DNA of 32,000 nt from an uncultured Lentisphaeria bacterium. Lineage in GTDB: Bacteria; Verrucomicrobiota; Lentisphaeria; JABSQK01; JAJFLO01. The DNA is taken from NCBI GenBank assembly GCA_951812855.1, contig OX638337.1, forward strand, positions 1,140,001 through 1,172,000, in the 5' to 3' direction. This document shows, piece by piece, positions 21,780 through 31,283 of the stretch. The notes under the pieces are model-generated. The model ran no database searches, was not told the DNA's origin, and worked only from the letters and a program-made list of their open reading frames with translations. A program made the translations under genes and the position numbers. Numbering within the stretch: position 1 is the first letter of the stretch; the number at the start of each line of letters is the position of its first letter.

Positions 21780-22736
21780 TTACCATAATTCATTATGAGA
21801 ATAGAGTGTGGGTGGAACTCCTACCAGACGTACATCAAATTTTAATGAAGGTTCAACTTTTGAACTTGCATTATGAATTCTAAATGATATTTGCCATCCT
21901 TTATCGAATGTAATTATTGTCTTGTTGTCGTTTTCTCTTTCAATATGATTTATCCTGGCAGGGAACTTGAGTTTGGGTACTTTGTTTTGAGGCATTATTG
22001 AATTCGATGGGATGTTGAGTGTTTCATGAAGATTATATCCTTGAATAGTGACAATCGCTTTGTATTTCATTATTTTATAAAAATCATTTTTACCTATCAT
22101 ATATTCAAGCAACAACGATGCTACATTCTTGTTGTTTTCAATTAAACTACAAATTTCGTTTTCAAATATTTCTAACAAAGGCACATAATACTCTTCAATT
22201 TTTTTTGGAACTTCACTCCACAATAGTTTGTGATTTTTCTTTTTATTTTCTTTAACCAATAATCTTGCATTGCCAAATATTTTGGAAACACCTTTCATAT
22301 ATTCATCTGAACATTCCAATCCAAGCCATTGTTTAGCAAAATCAATTTTATCTGACAGTCTCGGATGTTTTACTGCATTATTTTCATTTTTTGCAGAAAA
22401 CCCAACCTCCCAACTATTTTTTGCTCTAACCATCAATACATCTCTAACATCACCATGTGTTCCTTTTTGATCTGATTGAATCGAAATCATTATTTCTTCA
22501 TCATTTACAGGATTTTCTAATCTTGGCTCTAATGTAACTATGTGATTTACAGCAGAATTAGCAGCTTTGGAGTATTTCTCTTGTTCAATTTTAGAGTATG
22601 ATTCAAAAGATTTCTTTGCATTTTTGTACGAACTGTCTTTTTGAATCGTGACTCTTTGGCCATTGTTAATTTTATCATATATTGCAACAGCCAGAGCATA
22701 CTCCAAAGATTTGCCGGATTTTGTCTGTGCTGCCAT
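21780..22736 (-). CDS. Putative type II restriction endonuclease, partner of the upstream Dam-class methyltransferase
   Basis: 318 aa. Its ATG overlaps the methyltransferase stop (TAATG). It shows GDVRDVLMV...WEVGFSAKNENNAVKHPRLS, a D...E.x.x.K nuclease-like pattern that I recall from HaeIII-type REases. That resemblance is from memory only and was not searched. Confidence 0.55.
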   Translation of the reverse strand: MAAQTKSGKSLEYALAVAIYDKINNGQRVTIQKDSSYKNAKKSFESYSKIEQEKYSKAANSAVNHIVTLEPRLENPVNDEEIMISIQSDQKGTHGDVRDVLMVRAKNSWEVGFSAKNENNAVKHPRLSDKIDFAKQWLGLECSDEYMKGVSKIFGNARLLVKENKKKNHKLLWSEVPKKIEEYYVPLLEIFENEICSLIENNKNVASLLLEYMIGKNDFYKIMKYKAIVTIQGYNLHETLNIPSNSIMPQNKVPKLKFPARINHIERENDNKTIITFDKGWQISFRIHNASSKVEPSLKFDVRLVGVPPTLYSHNELW

Positions 22737-23527
22737 TATTTGAGATGATTTCTTTCTGCCAGGTCATCGCTGAAAATCAGAACTTCTCTTGATTTTTTAT
22801 TGTTTGACATCCCATACTTCCATTCAGGATAATAAAATGCAAAATCATCATACAAATCATCAATCTCATCACATTCATTGTAAGAAAGAATCCAGTTGTC
22901 TCTATTCTTTAAAATATCGTATAATCCCGGGTGGTCAAAACCATTATGCAAGTCTCCTTTATTTCCATAAAGTCTTTGATTGATTAAATATGGGGGGTCA
23001 AGATATAGCAATTTATTCTTTGATTTTGGTATTAATTCCTTAAAATCAGCTTGTTCTACATAAAGATTTTCTATCTGGAAATTTTCTATTCTTTCTATTG
23101 AGGATATTGTGAATCGTGGATGATTTGGTGACATCCCTCCTGACATAGTGGTTCCTGAAAAAGATGAACGATTTAACACGTAAAATATAGCAGCTCTTTC
23201 ATATTTTGACTGATGACTGTTATAAGACCTTTGAAGTTCATAGAATCTAGTTTTTGATAACGGATGATACTCCCTGATTATCTCGGCAAGCCTGATTCTG
23301 TCTTTTAAAAGACATTGCCAAAATTCCACCAATGGCTTGAAATTATCATAACCATAAACAAAAATACCATTAGCTGCACATGCAAGTTCTACTGAACCTC
23401 CCCCTAAGAAAGGCGAATAGATCACTTTGGTTTCTTGTGGAATAAAATTTGATATCTGCATTACACCACGAGATTTGCCACCTGCATATCTCAAAGGCGA
23501 TCTTGGCTCTCTTTTCAATATCATCAT
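22736..23527 (-). CDS. Dam-family (D12 class) N6-adenine DNA methyltransferase
   Basis: PLRYAGGKSR near the N-terminus, FLGGGS (the SAM-binding motif) and YLDPPY (the catalytic DPPY). I prefer the start at MMILKREP (23527), which overlaps the upstream small ORF stop by ATGA. The track ORF extends to 23584. Confidence 0.9.
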   Translation of the reverse strand: MMILKREPRSPLRYAGGKSRGVMQISNFIPQETKVIYSPFLGGGSVELACAANGIFVYGYDNFKPLVEFWQCLLKDRIRLAEIIREYHPLSKTRFYELQRSYNSHQSKYERAAIFYVLNRSSFSGTTMSGGMSPNHPRFTISSIERIENFQIENLYVEQADFKELIPKSKNKLLYLDPPYLINQRLYGNKGDLHNGFDHPGLYDILKNRDNWILSYNECDEIDDLYDDFAFYYPEWKYGMSNNKKSREVLIFSDDLAERNHLK

Positions 23528-23700
23528 TGTTTTGTACCGCCTTTTTTGGGTTTGGTTGTTTTGTTTTTGCGTGAACGATTCCAATAAGGTGTCTTACATT
23601 TTGGGCAAATTACAGGTTCCTCTTCATCCTTCATTTATCTAGGTGGCCACTTGTGTTTACATCTATTGCATTGGCAGCCTTTGATTTGAATTATAACCAT
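23521..23700 (-). pseudogene. Small zinc-ribbon ORF split by an in-frame TAA (21 + 37 codons)
   Basis: The minus strand reads MVIIQIKGCQCNRCKHKWPPR-TAA-MKDEEEPVICPKCKTPYWNRSRKNKTTKPKKGGTKQ. The two halves supply the CxCxxC and CPxC pairs of a 4-Cys ribbon followed by a basic tail. Confidence 0.45.
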
Positions 23701-23904
23701 TGCTTCTAATAATATTAATTAAAAACAATATTTATAAACTTTTGAATAGAAGAATATGTTTATATTAAACTAAAACTATACTTTAGAAGTAAGAAATGAA
23801 CACAGATTCAAGAAAATTAAAGGCAACTCAGATTTTCATTATAGGCTAAGAAAACTAAAGAATGGATTCTCTAAAGTAAGTTCAGATTCTAAGATAATTT
23901 CTGA

Positions 23905-24456
23905 ATCACTAAACTTGGTAAGGAATTTGAAAATAGAACTGCCCACATCAAAACTAAGTCATTAAAGGATGGGTTTGTCAATAGTCCAATAGAGAGATAT
24001 CGTAACGAGATTCGAGAAAGACTCAAAGCTGGAAGATCTCTAGGAAATGATGAATCAGCACAGACATTTTCTGAATTATTAAAAATCTATCATAATTTTG
24101 TAAAACCGCATCAAGGATTAGATGGCAAGACACCCGCACAAGCTGCCAATATCGATTTGAATCTTGGCAATGACAAATATTTGGATTTGATAAAACAATC
24201 GGGAAACAAATCAAACTTTGTAAACAATCGGGGGAAAAGAATCAAGAAAGTCACCATTGTTAATGAAGGTGATTCAATTAAGGTAACTCCTGCTGGATGG
24301 ATTGACAAAAAAGTTTGGCGTGAGATAAATGATATTTTGAAATTACATAAATTTAGCTGGTTATCTAATGGAAAAGATAGTTGCTGGTTAAAGCTACTCT
24401 CTATTCAAAACGGTCTGCTTTTATTTAAGGGGCAGGGTCACCTGCGGGCGACATAA
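23905..24456 (+). pseudogene. IS6-like DDE transposase C-terminal remnant with an extra C-terminal tail
   Basis: The open frame from 23905 reads ...AHIKTKSLKDGFVNSPIERYRNEIRERLKAGRSLGNDESAQTFSELLKIYHNFVKPHQGLDGKTPAQAANIDL. This matches the N-x-x-ER...YNF.RPHQ.L.GKTPA end of IS6/ISA1214-type transposases. There is no ATG and no catalytic N-terminal part, and the upstream sequence is full of stops. Confidence 0.7.
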
Positions 24457-24541
24457 AAAGTGAAATATATCGATAAATATACCGAACATATCATCGTTGT
24501 GCTAAAATAAAACGGGGCTGTTTTGCAAATCCGGAGATTCA

Positions 24542-24718
24542 ATGACGATCAGAGAAATAATTACTCTCATCGAATTAAAAAAAATACCAAAAGCTGCTGA
24601 TATTGCTGATATTTTAATTAACTGCGAATCTCTCCGGTATTACCCTGCTCCATCCAACAGGAAAAAGATCCTTCAGTTAACTCAGAAATTTAAAGAATCC
24701 ATTAGACAAACGGTTTGA
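24542..24718 (+). CDS. Hypothetical small protein (58 aa)
   Basis: An ATG is preceded by a ggag RBS at a 6-nt spacing. The product is MTIREIITLIELKKIPKAADIADILINCESLRYYPAPSNRKKILQLTQKFKESIRQTV. I recognise no family, and it falls below the track cutoff. Confidence 0.3.
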   Translation: MTIREIITLIELKKIPKAADIADILINCESLRYYPAPSNRKKILQLTQKFKESIRQTV

Positions 24719-24841
24719 AAACATTAGAATCTTGAATTGTCAGATTCCAACGAATCAATTCAACCTCATCTTACTCTTGACCGCTGTTTTTATTCCTGCC
24801 CACTTAGGCATGACATTCAGCAACATCTCAAGACACGACTG

Positions 24842-25720
24842 TTACCCTGATACCAGACTCCAATCATAATCCGTGTTATCCCGTGAAAGTCCAGCTGCAT
24901 TAGCAACATCGAGTGTTATAACAGCAACACAGTAGCGATAAGATTGAAGATAAGTCCCTGTACATTCAGGTGTCATATCATCTTCAAGGCTGCGGCGAAC
25001 CATATCACCATAGTTTACATTTGAACACGGCCTGACAAATGCCTGACTGTCCAGAAGCTCACCGACGAGGGTCATCCCGTGCGTCGGAACAGGGAATTCA
25101 GAATCATTAAACTCGTTCTCCATTGCAGCCAGGGTTTTTTCTGTAAACCTTACGATTTTACAGGTATCCAGTCGTGAAACCCCCTTCAAGATATATGCAA
25201 TATGATCCGGGCCAAATGGAACGACTGCCAGATCCGGACCAATTCTGGACATTCCCATAATCCAATTTGCAAGACCCTTTATCTCTTTAAATGGATCTTG
25301 TGCACAACCATCTAACAGGTACATGTGACTCTCGCCCAATCCAATCGGTTGTATAATTCGAGTTAGAATGTAATTTGAAAATGAATGTTCAGAATTTTTT
25401 GGAATATTTAACCGCTCATCAAGCTGGGAGATATAGGAAATTCGGCGAAATCCTTCAATCAGTGCAGAATTCGAATTCAGAACCTCAGCGAGCAGTGCCC
25501 AGATCCCCTTCGGCGTATTTCCTGTTGCAGCCATCATTATGAAATCCCGGTTCCGTGCTAAATCGAATAGAAACCGGGGCATAATATATTCATCAACAAT
25601 GATACGATTCATTTCTTCTTTATCATTTACAATGCGAGCCCGGAAATTGTATACTTCCTTCATTTTCTCTCTCCAAACCCCGGCATTCAAACCATCCGTA
25701 CTAAACGCAGCCCAGTTCAT
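24842..25720 (-). CDS. Glucosamine-6-phosphate deaminase / 6-phosphogluconolactonase family protein (divergent)
   Basis: 292 aa. AATGNTPKGIW...QLDERLNIPKNSEHSFSNYI...YLLDG aligns by eye with E. coli NagB (LPTGGTP...[20 protein letters not shown]...NLLNG). The NagB GNDGHIAFNEP block is replaced by GPDHIAYI. Confidence 0.65.
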   Translation of the reverse strand: MNWAAFSTDGLNAGVWREKMKEVYNFRARIVNDKEEMNRIIVDEYIMPRFLFDLARNRDFIMMAATGNTPKGIWALLAEVLNSNSALIEGFRRISYISQLDERLNIPKNSEHSFSNYILTRIIQPIGLGESHMYLLDGCAQDPFKEIKGLANWIMGMSRIGPDLAVVPFGPDHIAYILKGVSRLDTCKIVRFTEKTLAAMENEFNDSEFPVPTHGMTLVGELLDSQAFVRPCSNVNYGDMVRRSLEDDMTPECTGTYLQSYRYCVAVITLDVANAAGLSRDNTDYDWSLVSG

Positions 25721-25855
25721 TTTACATCCCTTTATTCTAAATTATCAGAGGGTATACCGTATATACCCCCTGCTTTTGATTTTCTACTGTCATATTCGCA
25801 AATACAATTTTTCAGATAAATCAATGTCTGATTAAGCAGCTTATCAACCATTGAA

Positions 25856-28800
25856 TCAAGCATCCTGTAATTCGGAAAAGTTTGCAACCTGAAGAATTAT
25901 ATCGACGACTTTCTTTACCAATAACTGTCGATTCCTGCGAATGGATATATCTGGATCATTCACAAGTACTTTATTAAAAAAATCATTGACCGGAATATGC
26001 AGTGGTACAATCTTCAGCAGGGCATCGAGGTAATTCTTATTCTCCATCAAATCGGCCAGTGTATTCTGAGTATTCTGGATCTGACCCCATAAATCTCTTT
26101 CTAAATCCACAGTGAACAATTCTGGATCAATGTCACCGGAAACGTTCTCATTTTTTATTATATTATCGGCCCGTTTAAATGTTGCAGCAACATCAGAAAA
26201 ATCATTTCTCCTGCGAAATTCATCCATTGCCTGAAGTCGTTCGTATAAATCGACCAAATTTTTCCAGTCTGATGACGCATTCAATATTGATTTTATACAA
26301 TCAGCCGGAAATCCAGTTTTAATTTTTGAACATGAACTTTCCTGAAAGAAACCAATGATCCTGATTCGATAAAATTCAAGAATTGCAGTTTTGATATCGT
26401 TATTATTTATCCCCGGTAACTGCTCGGCATAACTCTCTATACTGTGATCAATTACAGCATCTATATCCAGGTCCAGTTTCTGATCAATTATCAATGCTAT
26501 ACTTGTCAAACACGCACGGCGAACCGCAAAGGGATCGGCAGAGCCGGTCGGTGCCTTGTCGATTGAGAAAATTCCGACTATCGTATCAATTCGATCGGCT
26601 ATCCCAACAACCGCCGATTCAATATTTTCAGGGAATTTATCACTTAACCTTTTGGGTAAATAATGTTCTGCTATTCCATTTGAAACGATATCGGAAAATG
26701 ATTGCATTTTACTATAATAACCTCCGACCTCACCTTGCAGCTTAGGAAATTCGCCAACCATGAAGGTATTTAAATCAGCCTTGCACAGCATCGCAATTTT
26801 TTCGATTGATGCCGCATGTGATTCACTCAATCCCGAGAGCTGAGCAATCGTTCCGGAAAGACTTTTAATTCGTTCAACCTTATCAAATATGCTGCCTAAT
26901 TTCTGTTGAAATATAATTTCTGAAAGTTTTATCACTCTGTTTTCAAAGGCTGTCTTCATGTCTTCTTTCAGGAAAAATTCCGCATCCGAAAATCTTGATT
27001 TCAAAACTCTTTCATATCCTGTCCGAATGACATCTTCATTATTTACTTTCATATTCGAAATGACGATAAAGGTGTTGTTCAAAGATCCGTCCAAATTATG
27101 CAGGGCAAAGTATTTTTGGTGCTCTTTCATTTCAGATATCAATACAACATCCGGAATATCAAGATAGTTTTCATCGAAATGACACAGTACCGGTATTGGA
27201 TACTCTACAAGACAGGTAACTTCAGATAACAGTTCATCATCTTCACACCACATCAAATTTTCTTTTTCTGCTAACTCCAGTATTTGAGAACGAATCAATT
27301 CTTTTCGTTCATCATGATCGACAATGACATAGGACTCTTTTAGTTTTGTAAGATAGGCTTCATAACTGGCTGCTATCTGAATATCTCCAGGAGACAGGAA
27401 ACGATGGCCATAAGAACGACTGCTGCTGACCAAATTTGCAAATTCAGCTGGAATAACCTCATTGTCTATCACTGCAAGCAGCCAGCGGACAGGTCTGACA
27501 AACAGTGTGTCTTCACTGCCCCATTTCATTTTCTTATACCACGGAATGGCACTAAAAAAATCCGGCAGCACATCAGAAATTAATTTCCTGGCAGACTTTC
27601 CCGGTTTAGTTACCTCAGCATACAGATAGTCTACTCCATTAATGTCTCTTATGGTTAAGGATTCAACCTCAATATTATTTTTTGCAGCAAACCCCTGAGC
27701 AGCCTTTGTCCAATTGTCATTCTCATCCCTGGCAATCTTTAAAGGCGGGCCTTTTACAGACAATTCCTGATCCGGTTGTTTTAACAAAATTGAGGGAAGA
27801 AAAATGGAAATACGACACGGCGTTAAATTAATTTTCACATCCGGGATACCTAAATCGAGTGGATTAAAATATTGCTTGACCAAAGCAGCTAAATCAACTG
27901 GCAATTGCCGGAACACCTTTGCGGGCATTTCCTCAACACCCAGTTCAATCAGGACATCACCTCTGTTATCAGCGGTCAATATTGATTTTGTTACCGATGG
28001 AACCGGTTTATGAATTTGGGTATTGGTATTGGATACATTAGAATTTTTCATCAAAGGGAAGTCTAAATCCGTCCTGTTTGCCAACCAGGTTTCTGCAATT
28101 TTTCCGGCTAACGCCCGAACACGCAAAATATACCCCTGCCGTTCGTTCACAGACACAGCACCTCTGGCATCGAGCAGATTGAATGTATGACTTGCCTTGA
28201 GACAATAATCAACCGCACTCAATGCATTTTCAGCGTCACAGAGCCGGTTACACTCAGTCTCGAATTTTTGGAAAAGATCAAGGTGAAGTGATACGTCTGC
28301 AAGTTCGAAATTGTGACGGGAACATTGAACTTCACCAAGTTGAAATAAATCGCCGTAGGTAAACTGCTTGTTGTATTCCAAATCATAAACATTATCAACA
28401 TTTTGTAAAAACATGCACAGTCGTTCTAAACCGTAAGTAATCTCACCCATAACCGGCTGTAATTCTATACCGCCGATCTGCTGAAAATAGGTAAATTGTG
28501 TCACCTCCATCCCATCAACCCAAACCTCCCAGCCCAACCCCCAGGCACCGAGCGTTGGAGACTCCCAATCATCATGGACAAAGCGAATATCATGGTCTTC
28601 AGATTTAATTCCCATTTCATGCAGTGAGTTTAAATACAACTCCATGAAATTGATTGGATTTGGTTTCATTACTACCTGAAACTGAAAGTAATGCTGCATT
28701 CGAATCGGATTTTCACCGTAACGCCCATCGGCGGGTCTTCGACAGGGTTCTATATATGCCGCATTAAAGGGTTCCGGCCCTAAACTTCTTAAAAATGTGT

Positions 28801-28909
28801 CCGGATTAAAGGTGCCTGCACCTTTTTCAATATCGTAGGGCTGGGTAATTAGACATCCCTGTTCACTCCAATATTTTTGTAACAACAAAACTAAATCCTG
28901 GAAATACAT
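25856..28909 (-). CDS. glyQS: Glycine--tRNA ligase, fused alpha and beta subunits
   Basis: 1017 aa. Residues 1 to ~285 are collinear with E. coli GlyQ (GAGT..P.T.LR.LGPEP...[38 protein letters not shown]). After a ~35-aa low-complexity linker the GlyS-type beta part starts ([12 protein letters not shown]). Confidence 0.95.
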   Translation of the reverse strand: MYFQDLVLLLQKYWSEQGCLITQPYDIEKGAGTFNPDTFLRSLGPEPFNAAYIEPCRRPADGRYGENPIRMQHYFQFQVVMKPNPINFMELYLNSLHEMGIKSEDHDIRFVHDDWESPTLGAWGLGWEVWVDGMEVTQFTYFQQIGGIELQPVMGEITYGLERLCMFLQNVDNVYDLEYNKQFTYGDLFQLGEVQCSRHNFELADVSLHLDLFQKFETECNRLCDAENALSAVDYCLKASHTFNLLDARGAVSVNERQGYILRVRALAGKIAETWLANRTDLDFPLMKNSNVSNTNTQIHKPVPSVTKSILTADNRGDVLIELGVEEMPAKVFRQLPVDLAALVKQYFNPLDLGIPDVKINLTPCRISIFLPSILLKQPDQELSVKGPPLKIARDENDNWTKAAQGFAAKNNIEVESLTIRDINGVDYLYAEVTKPGKSARKLISDVLPDFFSAIPWYKKMKWGSEDTLFVRPVRWLLAVIDNEVIPAEFANLVSSSRSYGHRFLSPGDIQIAASYEAYLTKLKESYVIVDHDERKELIRSQILELAEKENLMWCEDDELLSEVTCLVEYPIPVLCHFDENYLDIPDVVLISEMKEHQKYFALHNLDGSLNNTFIVISNMKVNNEDVIRTGYERVLKSRFSDAEFFLKEDMKTAFENRVIKLSEIIFQQKLGSIFDKVERIKSLSGTIAQLSGLSESHAASIEKIAMLCKADLNTFMVGEFPKLQGEVGGYYSKMQSFSDIVSNGIAEHYLPKRLSDKFPENIESAVVGIADRIDTIVGIFSIDKAPTGSADPFAVRRACLTSIALIIDQKLDLDIDAVIDHSIESYAEQLPGINNNDIKTAILEFYRIRIIGFFQESSCSKIKTGFPADCIKSILNASSDWKNLVDLYERLQAMDEFRRRNDFSDVAATFKRADNIIKNENVSGDIDPELFTVDLERDLWGQIQNTQNTLADLMENKNYLDALLKIVPLHIPVNDFFNKVLVNDPDISIRRNRQLLVKKVVDIILQVANFSELQDA

Positions 28910-29458
28910 TGTTATTTCCCTTTTTCTTCATCTAATTGCGTCATGTTTACGATTTTGCTTAACGATCTAATAACATAAATCTTTCAAAATACCTCTTATT
29001 TTTAAAGGTAGTAAATTCTAAACTCTAATTAATAAAACTCAATCTGCATTTTAAGAATGCCTATGCATTCACCAAATTTATCGAGCCATAGTAAGGGTCC
29101 CCTTTTTTGGAGTACAACGATAATCACAGTCTGATATGTTCTTTATTCCGGTCATGCCTATGAAAAAAATGCGATTGTATCGACAATCAGACGGTGGCCG
29201 CCGGGTATAAAATCCCATGAAAACTCAGTCTTTTGAAGTGGATGATATTATCAGCGATTCGGACGAATCAGACTTTAACCTCACAAAAAATACACGTTGG
29301 TGACTGTGGATAAATGAAGACATGAACCGCCTTAAAAATGGGAATTATGTATTTAACTTGACAAGATTACAATAATGAATATCAGTACGAAACTTGACAA
29401 ACCTTTAAAATAATCAGATTATTTTCATTATATCCATGTTAAATTATAGATATAAAAT

Positions 29459-31279
29459 ATGAGTAAATTAAACGAAAGGGATACTGAAAATATTGTAAGG
29501 CAGCATTTTTACAAAGATAAATTGTTTGCCAAAATTACTATTGAAGAGCAATCCTCAAACAACCCAAGAATAACAAAACTCTTAAAAAACGCTTCAAAAA
29601 AGGGTAGCGGCATAGGCAAACCTGAATTTCTTATTACAATAGATGAAGAAGAAGATCTACTTATCGTTATAGAGTGTAAGGCAGATATATTAAAGCACGA
29701 AAGTAAAAATAGAAAACAATTTGCTGATTATGCCGTTGATGGTGTTTTACTTTATTCTTCTTATTTATCTAAAGAATACGATGTTTTATCGTTGGCGGTT
29801 AGTGGTGTTGAGAAAGACAATATTAAAACCTCTTACTTTATTCAAAAGAAAGGTCAGGATATTGAGCAGATTTTTGGTAATAAACTAATTACCATTGATG
29901 ATATTCTTTCTGGATTAAAACAAGATGTTACCAAAAGGAATGAAAAATACGAAGGGTTATTAGATTATTCTAAAATTCTAAATGAGCAATTACACAAATT
30001 AAAAATAAAAGAAGATAAAAGAAGTTTGCTTGTAAGTGGTATTTTAATAGCACTCAAAAATAAAGATTTTTACAGGAGTTACTCGGAGTTATCAAGTAAC
30101 AAGATGTTAGTAGAAGCACTTGTCAGCACCATTAAAGAACAGCTCGATAAAGATTTACAAGGTAATAAAGTTGAGAGACTGATGGAAAACTACAGTTTTA
30201 TCAAAAGTCACCCAAGCCTAATACATAAAAATGAAAATAGAGACCTTAAAAACTTAAACAAATTAATTGATGAGATTGATAATAATATTAATGGTTATTC
30301 AAGAACATATAAATACTATGATGTTTTGGGGCAATTTTATATCGAGTTTTTAAGATATTCTAATGCCGATAAGGGATTAGGTATTGTCTTAACGCCACCC
30401 CATATAACAGAGTTTTTTGCTGATATTGTGGATATACAGTATGCTGATGTTGTATTTGATAATTGCACAGGTACAGGCGGATTCTTGGTATCGGCAATGA
30501 AAAAGATGATTGAGAAATGTGGTGGTGATTCATCGCAAGAAAACAATATAAAACATCATCGGCTATATGGAGTCGAATACCAACCTGAAATATACCCACT
30601 TGCCGTATCTAATATGCTCTTACACGGAGATGGCAAGAGCAATATTGTTGGCGGTAGTTGTTTTGATAACGACACCATTAAAAAAATTAAAGAAAAAAAG
30701 CCAACAGTTGGTTTTTTAAACCCCCCCTATAAATCAGAAAAAAACGATATAGAAGAATTTGAATTTGTATTAAACAATTTAGATTGCTTAGAGAAGCACG
30801 GCAGGTGTGTAGCTATAGTACCTATGAGTTGTTCCTTAGCACAAAAAGGGCAAAGGTTAAGATTAAAAGAAAAACTGCTATCTAAACACACTTTAAAAGC
30901 GGTGTTTTCTATGCCTAATGAATTGTTTAAAAATTCTAAAGTAGGAGTTGTAACTTGCATAATGGTATTTGAAGCTCACATACCACACCCAGCAAACAAA
31001 AAAACTTTCTTTGGGTATTTTAAAGATGACGGTTTCTATAACAAAAAAACAAAAAATAGGTTTGATTATGATAATCAATGGCAAGGCATAAAAGAGAAGT
31101 GGATAGATTTATATACTAATAATACTGTTAAGGCTGGTTTTAGCGAAGTTTATAAAGTGTCAGCAGACGATGAATGGTGTGCAGAAGCGTATATGGAAAC
31201 TGATTATTCAACACTAAGCAGAGATGACTTTATAGAGACGCTAAAAAAGTATGTCGCCTTTAATGTGTTAAATGGATAA
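29459..31279 (+). CDS. BcgI-A-like bifunctional subunit: N-terminal PD-(D/E)xK nuclease domain plus gamma-class N6-adenine methyltransferase
   Basis: 606 aa. The N-terminal GKPEFLITIDEEEDLLIVIECKAD is a P-E...E-x-K nuclease motif. The central FDNCTGTGGFL is the SAM-binding motif I. GFLNPPYK is the catalytic motif IV. Size and domain order match my recollection of BcgI subunit A (~637 aa). Confidence 0.65.
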   Translation: MSKLNERDTENIVRQHFYKDKLFAKITIEEQSSNNPRITKLLKNASKKGSGIGKPEFLITIDEEEDLLIVIECKADILKHESKNRKQFADYAVDGVLLYSSYLSKEYDVLSLAVSGVEKDNIKTSYFIQKKGQDIEQIFGNKLITIDDILSGLKQDVTKRNEKYEGLLDYSKILNEQLHKLKIKEDKRSLLVSGILIALKNKDFYRSYSELSSNKMLVEALVSTIKEQLDKDLQGNKVERLMENYSFIKSHPSLIHKNENRDLKNLNKLIDEIDNNINGYSRTYKYYDVLGQFYIEFLRYSNADKGLGIVLTPPHITEFFADIVDIQYADVVFDNCTGTGGFLVSAMKKMIEKCGGDSSQENNIKHHRLYGVEYQPEIYPLAVSNMLLHGDGKSNIVGGSCFDNDTIKKIKEKKPTVGFLNPPYKSEKNDIEEFEFVLNNLDCLEKHGRCVAIVPMSCSLAQKGQRLRLKEKLLSKHTLKAVFSMPNELFKNSKVGVVTCIMVFEAHIPHPANKKTFFGYFKDDGFYNKKTKNRFDYDNQWQGIKEKWIDLYTNNTVKAGFSEVYKVSADDEWCAEAYMETDYSTLSRDDFIETLKKYVAFNVLNG

Positions 31280-31283
31280 TTTT

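Noticed and set aside
25856-28909. Several 60-83-aa ORFs antisense to or out of frame within glyQS (26494-26745, 26958-27167, 27804-28013, 28219-28401)
   Set aside because: They are embedded in a continuous, well-conserved 1017-aa frame and have no independent signals.
29160-29305. Two tiny ORFs (MPMKKMRLYRQSDGGRRV and MKTQSFEVDDIISDSDESDFNLTKNTRW) upstream of the BcgI-like gene, considered as transposase or antitoxin scraps
   Set aside because: They are too short, have no RBS and match no family I recognise. The acidic SDSDESD stretch alone is not diagnostic.
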